64,000 bases of DNA. It comes from Stellaceae bacterium. Lineage in GTDB: Bacteria; Pseudomonadota; Alphaproteobacteria; ATCC43930; CGMCC-115725. A program made the position numbers and the translations under genes. Location of the stretch: the NCBI GenBank assembly GCA_035503615.1, contig DATJTI010000031.1, positions 27,507 to 91,506 on the forward strand, given 5' to 3'. This document shows, piece by piece, positions 42,487-50,156 of this stretch (position 1 is the first letter of the stretch; the number at the start of each line of letters is the position of its first letter). A model generated the notes under the pieces. It was not told where the DNA came from. It saw nothing but the letters and a program-made list of their open reading frames with translations, and did no database searches.

Positions 42487-44204
42487 GCGGACGGCGCGAT
42501 CACATTGGCGGCTCGGCCGCGTTGCGGCAACCAGCCGGGGCAGGCGGGGGGTCGGGCGATCCCGATGCGCTCTATTTCGTGGCGCTCGGCGGGGCCAACG
42601 AGATCGGCATGAATCTCGGCCTCTATGGCTGCGCCGGGCAGTGGTTGATCATCGATTGCGGGGTCACCTTCGGCGACGATGCGCAGCCGGGGCTCGAGGT
42701 CGTGATGCCCGATCCGGCATTCATCGCCGAACACCGCGAGCAGCTGCTCGGGATCATTGCGACCCACGCCCATGAGGACCATATCGGTGCCATCCCTTAT
42801 TTGTGGCCGCAACTGCGCTGCCCGGTCTGGGCAACCCCGTTCACCGCGTCGCTGCTGCGCGCCAAGCTCACCGAATTCGGGCTTGCCGGCCAGGTGCGGA
42901 TCAACATCGTGCCGATGGCCGGCCGCTTCACGATCGGACCGTTCGACCTCGAATTCGTGACCCTGACGCATTCGATCCCCGAGCCGAACGCGGTCGTGCT
43001 GCGCACCCGTGCCGGGACCGTGCTGCATACCGGCGACTGGAAGTTCGATCCGGACCCGCTGATCGGCATGCCGGCTGACGAGACGGCGCTGCGCCGGCTC
43101 GGCGACGAGGGTGTGCTGGCGCTGATCGGCGATTCGACAAACGCGCTCAGGCCCGGCCGCTCCGGCTCCGAGGCCGAGCTGCGCCGCTCGCTCGTCGATC
43201 TGGTCGGCCGCTACGACGCCCGCGTCGCGGTCGCCTGCTTTGCCTCCAACGTCGCCCGCCTCGAAACCATCGCCCATGCCGCAGCGGCGCATGGCCGCGA
43301 GGTGGCGCTGGTCGGCCGCTCGCTGTGGCGGATCGACAAGGCGGCGCGCGAGAACGGCTATCTCGCCGGCCTGCCACCATTCCTCAGCGAGGAGGAAGCG
43401 GCCTACGCGCCGCGCGACAAGATCGTCATGATCTGCACCGGCAGCCAGGGCGAGCCGCGCGCCGCACTCGCGCGCATCGCCCGCGACGACCATCCGAATG
43501 TCGAGCTCGAACCGGGCGATGTCGTGATCTTCTCGTCGCGGATCATCCCGGGCAACGAGAAGGCGATTGGCCGGCTGCAGAACGCCTTGGCCCGGCTCGG
43601 TGTCGAGATCGTCACCGAGGAGGACCATTTCGTGCACGTCTCGGGCCATCCGGCGCGCGACGAGCTGGTTCGCATGTACCAGCTGATCCGTCCGAGGATC
43701 GCGATCCCGGTGCATGGCGAGGCCCGCCACCTGATCGCCCATGCCAGCCTCGCCGGCGAGTGCCAGGTGCCGCAGCCGCTGGTCATCGAAAACGGCGATG
43801 TGGTCAGGCTCGCATCCGGTATGGCGGCGATCGTCGACGAAGTGCCGGTCGGCCGGCTGGCGAGCGACGGCAAGCTCCTGCTGCCGGTCGAAGGGGCGGC
43901 CCTCAAGGACCGCCGGCGCGCCGGATCCGGGGGCAGCGTGGTCGCCACTTTGGTCCTCGATCGCGGGTCGCGGCTGGCGGCGCCGCCGGCGATCGCGATG
44001 CTCGGGCTGGTCGAGCCGGAGATGGCTGAAGCAGCACTGCCCTTTCTGCGCGCTGCGGTAGTACGGGCACTCGACGAATTGCCGGCGGCGGCGCGTGGCG
44101 ATGATGGCGTCGTCACCGATGCTGCCCGGCGGGCGCTGCGCCGGGTGCTGAACGAACGCTTTGGCAAGCGGCCGCTCGCCGAAATTCAGCTGGTGCGGAT
44201 TTGA
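42483..44204 (+). CDS. rnj: Ribonuclease J (metallo-beta-lactamase / beta-CASP)
   Basis: The metallo-beta-lactamase motif HAHEDHIGAIPYLW is present, with beta-CASP blocks (GDSTNA, HVSGHPARDEL). ATG 42483 overlaps the coaX stop. Confidence 0.88.
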   Translation: MSGRRDHIGGSAALRQPAGAGGGSGDPDALYFVALGGANEIGMNLGLYGCAGQWLIIDCGVTFGDDAQPGLEVVMPDPAFIAEHREQLLGIIATHAHEDHIGAIPYLWPQLRCPVWATPFTASLLRAKLTEFGLAGQVRINIVPMAGRFTIGPFDLEFVTLTHSIPEPNAVVLRTRAGTVLHTGDWKFDPDPLIGMPADETALRRLGDEGVLALIGDSTNALRPGRSGSEAELRRSLVDLVGRYDARVAVACFASNVARLETIAHAAAAHGREVALVGRSLWRIDKAARENGYLAGLPPFLSEEEAAYAPRDKIVMICTGSQGEPRAALARIARDDHPNVELEPGDVVIFSSRIIPGNEKAIGRLQNALARLGVEIVTEEDHFVHVSGHPARDELVRMYQLIRPRIAIPVHGEARHLIAHASLAGECQVPQPLVIENGDVVRLASGMAAIVDEVPVGRLASDGKLLLPVEGAALKDRRRAGSGGSVVATLVLDRGSRLAAPPAIAMLGLVEPEMAEAALPFLRAAVVRALDELPAAARGDDGVVTDAARRALRRVLNERFGKRPLAEIQLVRI

Positions 44205-44217
44205 TGGACGGCGGCAG

Positions 44218-44622
44218 ATGATCGGGCGTCTCAACCATGTGGCGATCGTGGTGCCGGACCTCGCGGCCGCCGCCGCAATCTATCGCGATGGGCTCGGCGC
44301 CCGCGTCTCGGAACCGCACGCTTTGCCGGCGCATGGCGTGCAGGTCGTCTTTGTCGAATTGCCCAATACCCGGATCGAACTGCTAGAACCGTTGGGTGAC
44401 ACCTCGCCGGTGCGGGCATTTCTCGAGCGCAACCCATCGGGCGGGATGCACCACCTCTGCTATGAGGTTGCCGATATTCGGGCCGCGCGCGATCGCCTGG
44501 TCGCTGCGGGCGCGCGAGTGCTGGGTGATGGCGAGCCGCGGCCGGGCGCCCACGACAAGCCGGTGCTGTTTCTGCACCCCAAGGATTTCTGCGGCACCCT
44601 GATCGAGCTCGAACAGGTGTGA
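44218..44622 (+). CDS. mce: Methylmalonyl-CoA epimerase (VOC/glyoxalase fold)
   Basis: The product reads MIGRLNHVAIVVPDL...IELLEPLG..SPV..FL......GMHHLCYEV.D.....LHPKDFCGTLIELEQ, 134 aa. Confidence 0.85.
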   Translation: MIGRLNHVAIVVPDLAAAAAIYRDGLGARVSEPHALPAHGVQVVFVELPNTRIELLEPLGDTSPVRAFLERNPSGGMHHLCYEVADIRAARDRLVAAGARVLGDGEPRPGAHDKPVLFLHPKDFCGTLIELEQV

Positions 44623-44698
44623 GCCGGATTGAACGACAACGCGGGGGGCGCCGGCGCTGCGATCCGAGGAGGTGGCGGGCAGTGCGGGCCTGTCGGAG

Positions 44699-45244
44699 AT
44701 GAGCGCCGCCTATTGCCGAATGGCGCCGACCCATCCGGTGCATGCCGCCTATCACGACCGCGAATACGGTTTTCCCTCGCGCGACGAGGGGGTGCTGTTC
44801 GAACGGCTGCTGCTGGAGATCAATCAGGCCGGTCTCTCATGGCTGACGATTCTCAACAAGCGCGCGGCGTTTCGCGCCGCTTACGCCGATTTTTCGGTCG
44901 ACCGCGTCGCCGGCTTCACGACCGACGATCTCGATCGCCTGCTCGCCGATCCAGGGATCGTTCGCAATCGGCTCAAGATTGAGGCTGGGATCGCCAATGC
45001 CCGCCGCATCATCGAATTGCGCCAAACCAGCGGGTCGTTCGCCGGCTGGCTCGACCAGCATCACCCGCGCTCGCTCGAAGCCTGGACCCGGCTGTTCCGA
45101 CAAACCTTCCGATTTACCGGTGGGCAGATCGTCAACGAATTCTTGATCAGTCTCGGCTATCTACCGGGTGCGCACGAACCGGATTGCCCGGTTTTCACCC
45201 GGATTGCAGAGCTGGCGCCGCCCTGGTTGGGCGGCCTCGAGTGA
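44699..45244 (+). CDS. tag: DNA-3-methyladenine glycosylase I
   Basis: The product includes AYHDREYGFP..DE..LFE.L.LE..QAGLSW.TIL.KR..FR.A...F and IVRNRLKIEA...NA. The start is ATG 44699 or 44672. Confidence 0.88.
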   Translation: MSAAYCRMAPTHPVHAAYHDREYGFPSRDEGVLFERLLLEINQAGLSWLTILNKRAAFRAAYADFSVDRVAGFTTDDLDRLLADPGIVRNRLKIEAGIANARRIIELRQTSGSFAGWLDQHHPRSLEAWTRLFRQTFRFTGGQIVNEFLISLGYLPGAHEPDCPVFTRIAELAPPWLGGLE

Positions 45245-45477
45245 TCCGGGTCGAGCTTTGGCGAGAGCGGGTTTGACCGTGCCGCACTTTCCTGTTACCC
45301 AGGCGGCCGATCGGGGTTCGGCGCGTCAACCGGGGGGTTGGCCACGCGTCGCGAGAGGAAATCAGGCAGTCGGGTGTAACCAAGGCGCGGCTTTACGTCG
45401 GTCGTGCCTAGCTGCGCCCGGCCGCCATTGACAACGAGGCGGGGTTTCGGCCGGTCATCGACAACGAGGCGGAATTG

Positions 45478-45888
45478 ATGTCGCTGCGAGAGAAATATCG
45501 AGGGGTTCTGTCGGGCATGGTTCCGCTCGGAGTGGCTGGTGTTGCGCTGCTGCTCGGCACCGCCGCACCCGCTGCCGCAGACCAGGAGATGAGTGCAGCA
45601 TCGGTGCGCGAAACTGCTTCGGTTCCGGTCTCGGCACGTCTCGCTGCCATTCGCGACGCCGTTTCCGATGTCGGCAGGACCGCAGCGAACTCGGCCGCAG
45701 CAAACTCGGCCGCAGCAAACTCGGATGAAGGGGCGACCCGGCTCGCCTGGTGGGCATGGCGCAATGGTGGCGGTGGCTGGCGCAATGGCGGTGGCGCCTG
45801 GGGCAATGGCGGTGCCCGTGCCTGGGGCAATGGCGGTGCCCGTGCCTGGGGCAATGGCGGCTGGCACAATTATTGGCGAAATTTCTGA
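45478..45888 (+). CDS. Precursor peptide A1: signal-peptide-bearing Trp/Asn/Gly-repeat protein (rSAM-associated Gly-rich-repeat, GrrA/OscA-like)
   Basis: 136 aa. GAGGCGG lies 6 nt before the ATG. The product has an n-h-c signal-like N-terminus, the leader box RLAAIRDAVSDV, and the core WWAWRNGGGGWRNGGGAWGNGGARAWGNGGARAWGNGGWHNYWRNF with 7 W-x-N triads. A paralog and an rSAM/SPASM gene lie directly downstream. Confidence 0.8.
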   Translation: MSLREKYRGVLSGMVPLGVAGVALLLGTAAPAAADQEMSAASVRETASVPVSARLAAIRDAVSDVGRTAANSAAANSAAANSDEGATRLAWWAWRNGGGGWRNGGGAWGNGGARAWGNGGARAWGNGGWHNYWRNF

Positions 45889-46045
45889 GCGGTCGTTGCC
45901 GGAGCATGGTGAATAACCCGTCGCCGGTGCCCGTTTCTTCGCGAGCGGCGGCGGCATCGGCGAAATGGCGGATGCGTGTTGGCCGACGGGCCGAGCATTT
46001 CGGTCGGAAAAGAGGCGGCGAAGCGTCGACGATGAGGTGGCTGTG

Positions 46046-46426
46046 ATGTCGCTGCGGCAGAAGTATCTGGAGATCCTGTCGGCGATTGTGCCGGCCGGGG
46101 TGGTTGGCGTCTCGCTGCTGCTCGGCACGACGGCGCCTGGCGCTGCCAGCGAGGAGCCGGCTGCTGCCGAGCCTCTGGCCTCGCATCAAATGCGGGTGGC
46201 CGAGCGCCTCGCGGCGATCCGCGACGCGGTGTCGGATGTGGCCGCGAATGCCGCGGCCAAGGCTGGTGATGCTGCTGAGCCCGACAGCAAGGACCTGCGG
46301 CTCGCCTGGGGCAATTGGTGGCGCAACGGCGGCTGGGGCTATCGGCCGTGGGGCGGCTGGGGCTGGCCAAACTGGAACAATTGGCACAACTGGCACAATT
46401 GGAACAACTGGTGGCGGAACTGGTAG
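46046..46426 (+). CDS. Precursor peptide A2: paralog of A1 with an extremely Trp-rich core
   Basis: 126 aa with the same MSLR.KY start, signal-like segment and RLAAIRDAVSDV box. Between the paralogs, 8 of the 12 box codons differ, and all the differences are synonymous. The core is WGNWWRNGGWGYRPWGGWGWPNWNNWHNWHNWNNWWRNW, with 8 W-x-N triads. Confidence 0.82.
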   Translation: MSLRQKYLEILSAIVPAGVVGVSLLLGTTAPGAASEEPAAAEPLASHQMRVAERLAAIRDAVSDVAANAAAKAGDAAEPDSKDLRLAWGNWWRNGGWGYRPWGGWGWPNWNNWHNWHNWNNWWRNW

Positions 46427-46457
46427 GCGGGCGACCGCGCAAGGATGGGAATGCCCC

Positions 46458-47684
46458 GTGCCGGTGATTGACCTGCTGGTGGTCCAGCCGACCCCGTTCT
46501 GCAACATCGATTGCAAATATTGCTATCTGCCCGGCCGGAATTCAAAAGCGGTGGTGACGCCACAGACCCTCTGCAACCTGTTTACGCAGGTCTTCGCCTC
46601 GGGCTGGCTCGATGACCGGCTGTCGGTGGTGTGGCATGCCGGCGAGCCGATGGTGCTGCCGATCTCGTTCTACCGCGAGGCCTTCGCCATGATCGAGGCC
46701 CTGCGCCCGCGTGACGTGACGGTGGTCCACTCGTTCCAGACCAACGGCACCTTGATCGACGAGGCGTGGTGCCGCTTTTTTGCCGAGGTGCCGGTCAGTC
46801 TCGGGGTCAGCATCGACGGCCCGCAACATCTGCACGACCGCAACCGGGTGACGCGCGCCGGCCGCGGCACCTTTGAGCGCACGATCGCCGGCATCCGATT
46901 GCTGCGCAGCCATGCCGTGCCGTTCCACGTGATCTCGGTGCTGTCATCGGCCAGCATGGCCGTCCCGGCAGAGATGTTCGACTTCTACGTCGCCGAAGGG
47001 ATCGAGGAGGTCTGCTTCAACGTCGAGGAAAGCGAGGGCGACCACGTCTCCGAAGCGTTCGGCGAGGAGGGCGTCGAGACCGCCTTTGCCCGGTTCCTGG
47101 GTGAATTCTGGCACCTGTCGGCGGCCTCGCCCGGCAAGATCACGTTTCTGCGCGAGATCGAGCAAGCGCTGCAGCAGGTGATCCGCCCGAAGGAAGCGGT
47201 GTTCCGCAACCAGCTGGTCGAGCCGTTCGCGATCACCAGCATGGATTGGGCCGGCAACATCTCGACCTTTTCACCCGAATTGCTCGGTCTGAAGAACCCG
47301 GCCTATGACGATTTCATCCTCGGCAACATCAATCACGACACTTTGACCGATCTGCCGCACCGCCCGGCTTTCGCCCGGATGCTCGCCGATATCGATGCCG
47401 GTGTGGCGATGTGCCGCGAGGCTTGCGAGTATTTTTCGGTGTGCGGCGGCGGCGAGCCGGTCAACAAGCTCGCCGAGAACGGCACCTTTGCCAGCACCGA
47501 GACGACCTATTGCCGGCTGACCCGAATGCGGGTGACCGATCTCGTGCTCAACGCGCTGGAGCGGGCGCCAGTTGCGGCGCTCGATCCGGCCAGGATCGTG
47601 CTGGCCGAGATCGTGCCGGCCGAGATCGTACACGACACGATGTCGGCGCGCCGACCGCCTGAGGGTGTCGGCGCCGGTGGATAA
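46458..47684 (+). CDS. Radical SAM/SPASM peptide maturase (cyclophane-forming GrrM/OscB-like)
   Basis: The rSAM motif is QPTPFCNIDCKYCYLP (CxxxCxxC). The C-terminal SPASM-type Cys cluster is CREACEYFSVCGGGEP...TYC. The start lies 31 nt after the A2 stop. GTG 46458 (or 46464) was chosen because the ORF-track start at 46086 overlaps A2 in another frame. Confidence 0.85.
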   Translation: MPVIDLLVVQPTPFCNIDCKYCYLPGRNSKAVVTPQTLCNLFTQVFASGWLDDRLSVVWHAGEPMVLPISFYREAFAMIEALRPRDVTVVHSFQTNGTLIDEAWCRFFAEVPVSLGVSIDGPQHLHDRNRVTRAGRGTFERTIAGIRLLRSHAVPFHVISVLSSASMAVPAEMFDFYVAEGIEEVCFNVEESEGDHVSEAFGEEGVETAFARFLGEFWHLSAASPGKITFLREIEQALQQVIRPKEAVFRNQLVEPFAITSMDWAGNISTFSPELLGLKNPAYDDFILGNINHDTLTDLPHRPAFARMLADIDAGVAMCREACEYFSVCGGGEPVNKLAENGTFASTETTYCRLTRMRVTDLVLNALERAPVAALDPARIVLAEIVPAEIVHDTMSARRPPEGVGAGG

Positions 47685-47707
47685 GTAGCGCGGAAGCGGA
47701 GGACAGG

Positions 47708-48460
47708 ATGACCAAAACGTTGCGCTGGCTGGGCTTGCTCGCGCTCGGTGCCGCTCTGCAGACCGGGTTTGCGACGCTGGCCTCGGCCCAGTCGGGCGCC
47801 GGCGCTCCCGCCAGCATGTCGGCCGCCAACGCCAGCGGCCCGGAAGAGGGCTATGGTCCCGGCGCCGACCAGTCGGGCTTTGCCGAGCCGACCGAGATCG
47901 AGCCATCGACCGAACTGCCGGTGCTCTATGTCACCAGCGTCGAGATCATGCGCACGCAGACCCAGCCGCAGCTCGACATCGTGCGGGTGACGGGCCTGAC
48001 CGGAGCCCAAGGGTGGAGTTCACCGGAACTGGTTCCGACGTTTGTCGGCAAGCCGCTCGACGGCATCCTCGATTTGCAGTTCATCGCGACAATGCCGCTG
48101 CAGACCGAGGAGGCGACCGGCTTTGTCCCGATCAGTGCGGTGTTCCCGCTCGAAGCCGGTCATGATTTCAAGGGAGTGCGGGTGCGGGCCTCCGAGAATG
48201 CGATCGAGGTTGACCAGATCCCCGGCACCAAATCGATCAAGATCAACGTCAGCGGCTGCAAGGACTGTGTCGGCAAGAAATTTGCCGAGCGCGGTCAGGC
48301 CGCCCCGGGGACCCCCGGTGTGGTGCGCCAGGAAGATCTACCGAAGACGCTGCGCTGGATCCCGGTCAACCACGGCATCCGGGGTATCACCCACAATCCG
48401 AACCGGCTCAATCTGATGCTCGGGGCGGACAACACGATTCTTGCTGCCTATTGGGAGTAG
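47708..48460 (+). CDS. Secreted protein with a C-terminal peptidase-inhibitor-I78-like domain
   Basis: The signal peptide is MTKTLRWLGLLALGAALQTGFATLASAQ. A low-complexity linker and a beta-rich middle region follow. The C-terminus, CKDCVGKKF......LPKTLRWIPVNHGIRGITHNPNRLNLMLGADNTILAAYWE, fits the I78 pattern (C..C.G...R.I.P....T.D....RLN...D....I). The gene starts 23 nt after the rSAM stop. Confidence 0.5.
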   Translation: MTKTLRWLGLLALGAALQTGFATLASAQSGAGAPASMSAANASGPEEGYGPGADQSGFAEPTEIEPSTELPVLYVTSVEIMRTQTQPQLDIVRVTGLTGAQGWSSPELVPTFVGKPLDGILDLQFIATMPLQTEEATGFVPISAVFPLEAGHDFKGVRVRASENAIEVDQIPGTKSIKINVSGCKDCVGKKFAERGQAAPGTPGVVRQEDLPKTLRWIPVNHGIRGITHNPNRLNLMLGADNTILAAYWE

Positions 48461-49167
48461 CTCGCGACGACCGGACTGCTCGGCTCGGCGGTGGCCAACC
48501 GTGTCGAGCGCCGGCGGCTGCGCGCCGTGCGCTCGGACTGGTGGTGCTCTGCGGAATCGCCGGGTCCGGCCTGATCGTTGCCGTCACGCTCGGCTTCCTC
48601 GCCGGAGGCACGGCGCAGGCCAGCTCGCTTGGTGTGGCAGGCTCGGATGGTGTGACAGGCTCGCTTGTCGTCACCAACAGGGTTGCGCTCGATCGGGTGG
48701 CGCGTGCCGTCCTGGAGGCCGAGTCGAGCGACGGTGCCGATCCCGCCATGTGGCGGCCCGATCCTGACGGCCCGCAGGGGCCGATGCAGGTTTCCGCCGC
48801 GGCCGCCGCCGATGTCGGCAGTGGCGATCGCTTCGACCCGGCCGAAAATTTGCTGCTCGGCCGCGCCTATCTGGCCCGGCTCTATCGGCACTATGCCAAT
48901 TGGGCCGACGCGGTCGCGGCTTATGATTGGGGTCCCGCCCACATGGATAACTGGATCGAAAGCGGCCGGCCGATCGGCAAGCTGCCGCAAGCGGTGGCGT
49001 TCTATCGCATGCGCGTGCTGACGGGTGCGACCGCTTCCGGCGGCCATTTCGGCGTGGTCGGGCATCTGCAGCCGCGCCGGTCGCTGGCCGACCGCCGTCA
49101 TCCGAGCCGAGACAGCATCGCCGTCGAACAGATCTACGCCGCAATCATGGCCAAGGGCCGGCCTTGA
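48451..49167 (+). CDS. Lytic transglycosylase (SLT) domain protein with an N-terminal membrane anchor
   Basis: The TM/signal anchor is LGLVVLCGIAGSGLIVAVTLGFLAGG. The SLT blocks are VLEAESS (catalytic Glu), GPQGPMQVS and AVAAYDWGP. The TTG start overlaps the upstream stop, so the start is uncertain. Confidence 0.65.
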   Translation: MGVARDDRTARLGGGQPCRAPAAARRALGLVVLCGIAGSGLIVAVTLGFLAGGTAQASSLGVAGSDGVTGSLVVTNRVALDRVARAVLEAESSDGADPAMWRPDPDGPQGPMQVSAAAAADVGSGDRFDPAENLLLGRAYLARLYRHYANWADAVAAYDWGPAHMDNWIESGRPIGKLPQAVAFYRMRVLTGATASGGHFGVVGHLQPRRSLADRRHPSRDSIAVEQIYAAIMAKGRP

Positions 49168-49262
49168 ACCGGGTTGCGTCGCGGCGGGATGATCGCGCGA
49201 GGATCGGCGGTGTCGGGTGTGCAAGCGACGATCCAGGATCCAGTCAGCACGCCGCCAGCCTG

Positions 49263-49616
49263 ATGATGGGGGAAGCGATGACCAGCCTGGTCAAGACACT
49301 GCGCTCGCTCGGCAACCGACTGCAGGCCGGTGCCAGCATATGCCAGCTTTATGGTGAACCGGTCGAACAGGGTGGCCGCACGATCGTCCCGGTCGCGCGG
49401 ATGCGCTACGGATTTGGCGCCGGTGGCGGCAGCAAACATGGCGGCGGCGGCGCGGGAATCGATTTTCGTCCGGTCGGGCTGATCGAGATCAGCGACGATG
49501 GCACCCGGTTCGTTCCGCTGCACCGGCCGCTGCCGCTGATCCTCGCCCTGCTCGGCGGGTTGCTGCTCGGCTATAATCTCGGCCGCCGCGCCGGTCCTCG
49601 TGATCGCGGGAGGTAA
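49263..49616 (+). CDS. GerW/YtfJ-family protein
   Basis: The product includes LYGEPVEQGGRTIVPVARMRYGFGAGGGSKHGGGGAGIDFRPVGLIEISDDGTRFVPL, which matches the YtfJ/GerW signature, and ends in a C-terminal TM segment. The start is ATG 49263 or 49278. Confidence 0.65.
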   Translation: MMGEAMTSLVKTLRSLGNRLQAGASICQLYGEPVEQGGRTIVPVARMRYGFGAGGGSKHGGGGAGIDFRPVGLIEISDDGTRFVPLHRPLPLILALLGGLLLGYNLGRRAGPRDRGR

Positions 49617-49676
49617 ACTGCGACGGCACCACCCGACGATCTGCTATCATGCCGTTGTCTGTGATGAGGACAGCGG

Positions 49677-50156
49677 ATGCAATCGACCGGCCTCAGCGTG
49701 AATGGAAAGAGGGTCACCGTCACCGCCCTGGGTGATCCACCGCTCCTTGATGTTCTGCGCAATCATCTGGGCCTCACCGGCACCAAATTCGGCTGCGGCC
49801 TCGAGCAATGCGGCTCGTGCATGGTGCTGATCGACGGCCGTGCCGAAAAATCCTGTGGCAAGCTGCTATCGGCGGTTGCCGGCAAGCAGATTGTCACGAT
49901 CGAAGGGCTGGGGACACCCGATCGGCCGCATCCGCTGCAGCAGGCATTTCTCGACGAGCAGGCTGGGCAATGCGGCTATTGCCTCGCCGGCATCCTGATC
50001 TCGGCGAAGGCGCTGCTCGATCGCAACCCGTCACCGTCGCGGGCCGAGATCGCCGCGGCGCTCGATGACAATATCTGCCGCTGCGGCAGCCACAACCGGA
50101 TCTTGCGCGCGGTCGCCCGCGCTGCCGCGCAGCTTTACCAGGGGGGCACCCGATGA
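49677..50156 (+). CDS. (2Fe-2S)-binding small subunit of a molybdopterin oxidoreductase (IorA/aldehyde-oxidase type)
   Basis: The plant-type 2Fe-2S motif is GCGLEQCGSCMV. The second cluster is GQCGYCLAGILISAKALL...NICRCGSHNRI. Confidence 0.88.
   Translation: MQSTGLSVNGKRVTVTALGDPPLLDVLRNHLGLTGTKFGCGLEQCGSCMVLIDGRAEKSCGKLLSAVAGKQIVTIEGLGTPDRPHPLQQAFLDEQAGQCGYCLAGILISAKALLDRNPSPSRAEIAAALDDNICRCGSHNRILRAVARAAAQLYQGGTR

Noticed and set aside
46086-46457. The N-terminal 124-codon extension of the rSAM ORF given in the track (start 46086).
   Set aside because: It overlaps precursor A2 in a different frame and translates to low-complexity Arg/Ala/Gly sequence. The recognisable rSAM protein begins at the GTG at 46458 or 46464, just before IDLLVVQPTPFCN.
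45295-46516. Minus-strand ORFs (277, 153, 353 and 190 aa) covering the precursor-peptide region.
   Set aside because: They are mirror images of the repeat-rich plus-strand genes and are Arg/His/Pro-rich (for example HCPRHGHRHCPRHGH). The plus frame is supported by two paralogs with identical start contexts, signal-peptide architecture, and exclusively synonymous differences in the shared 12-codon leader box.
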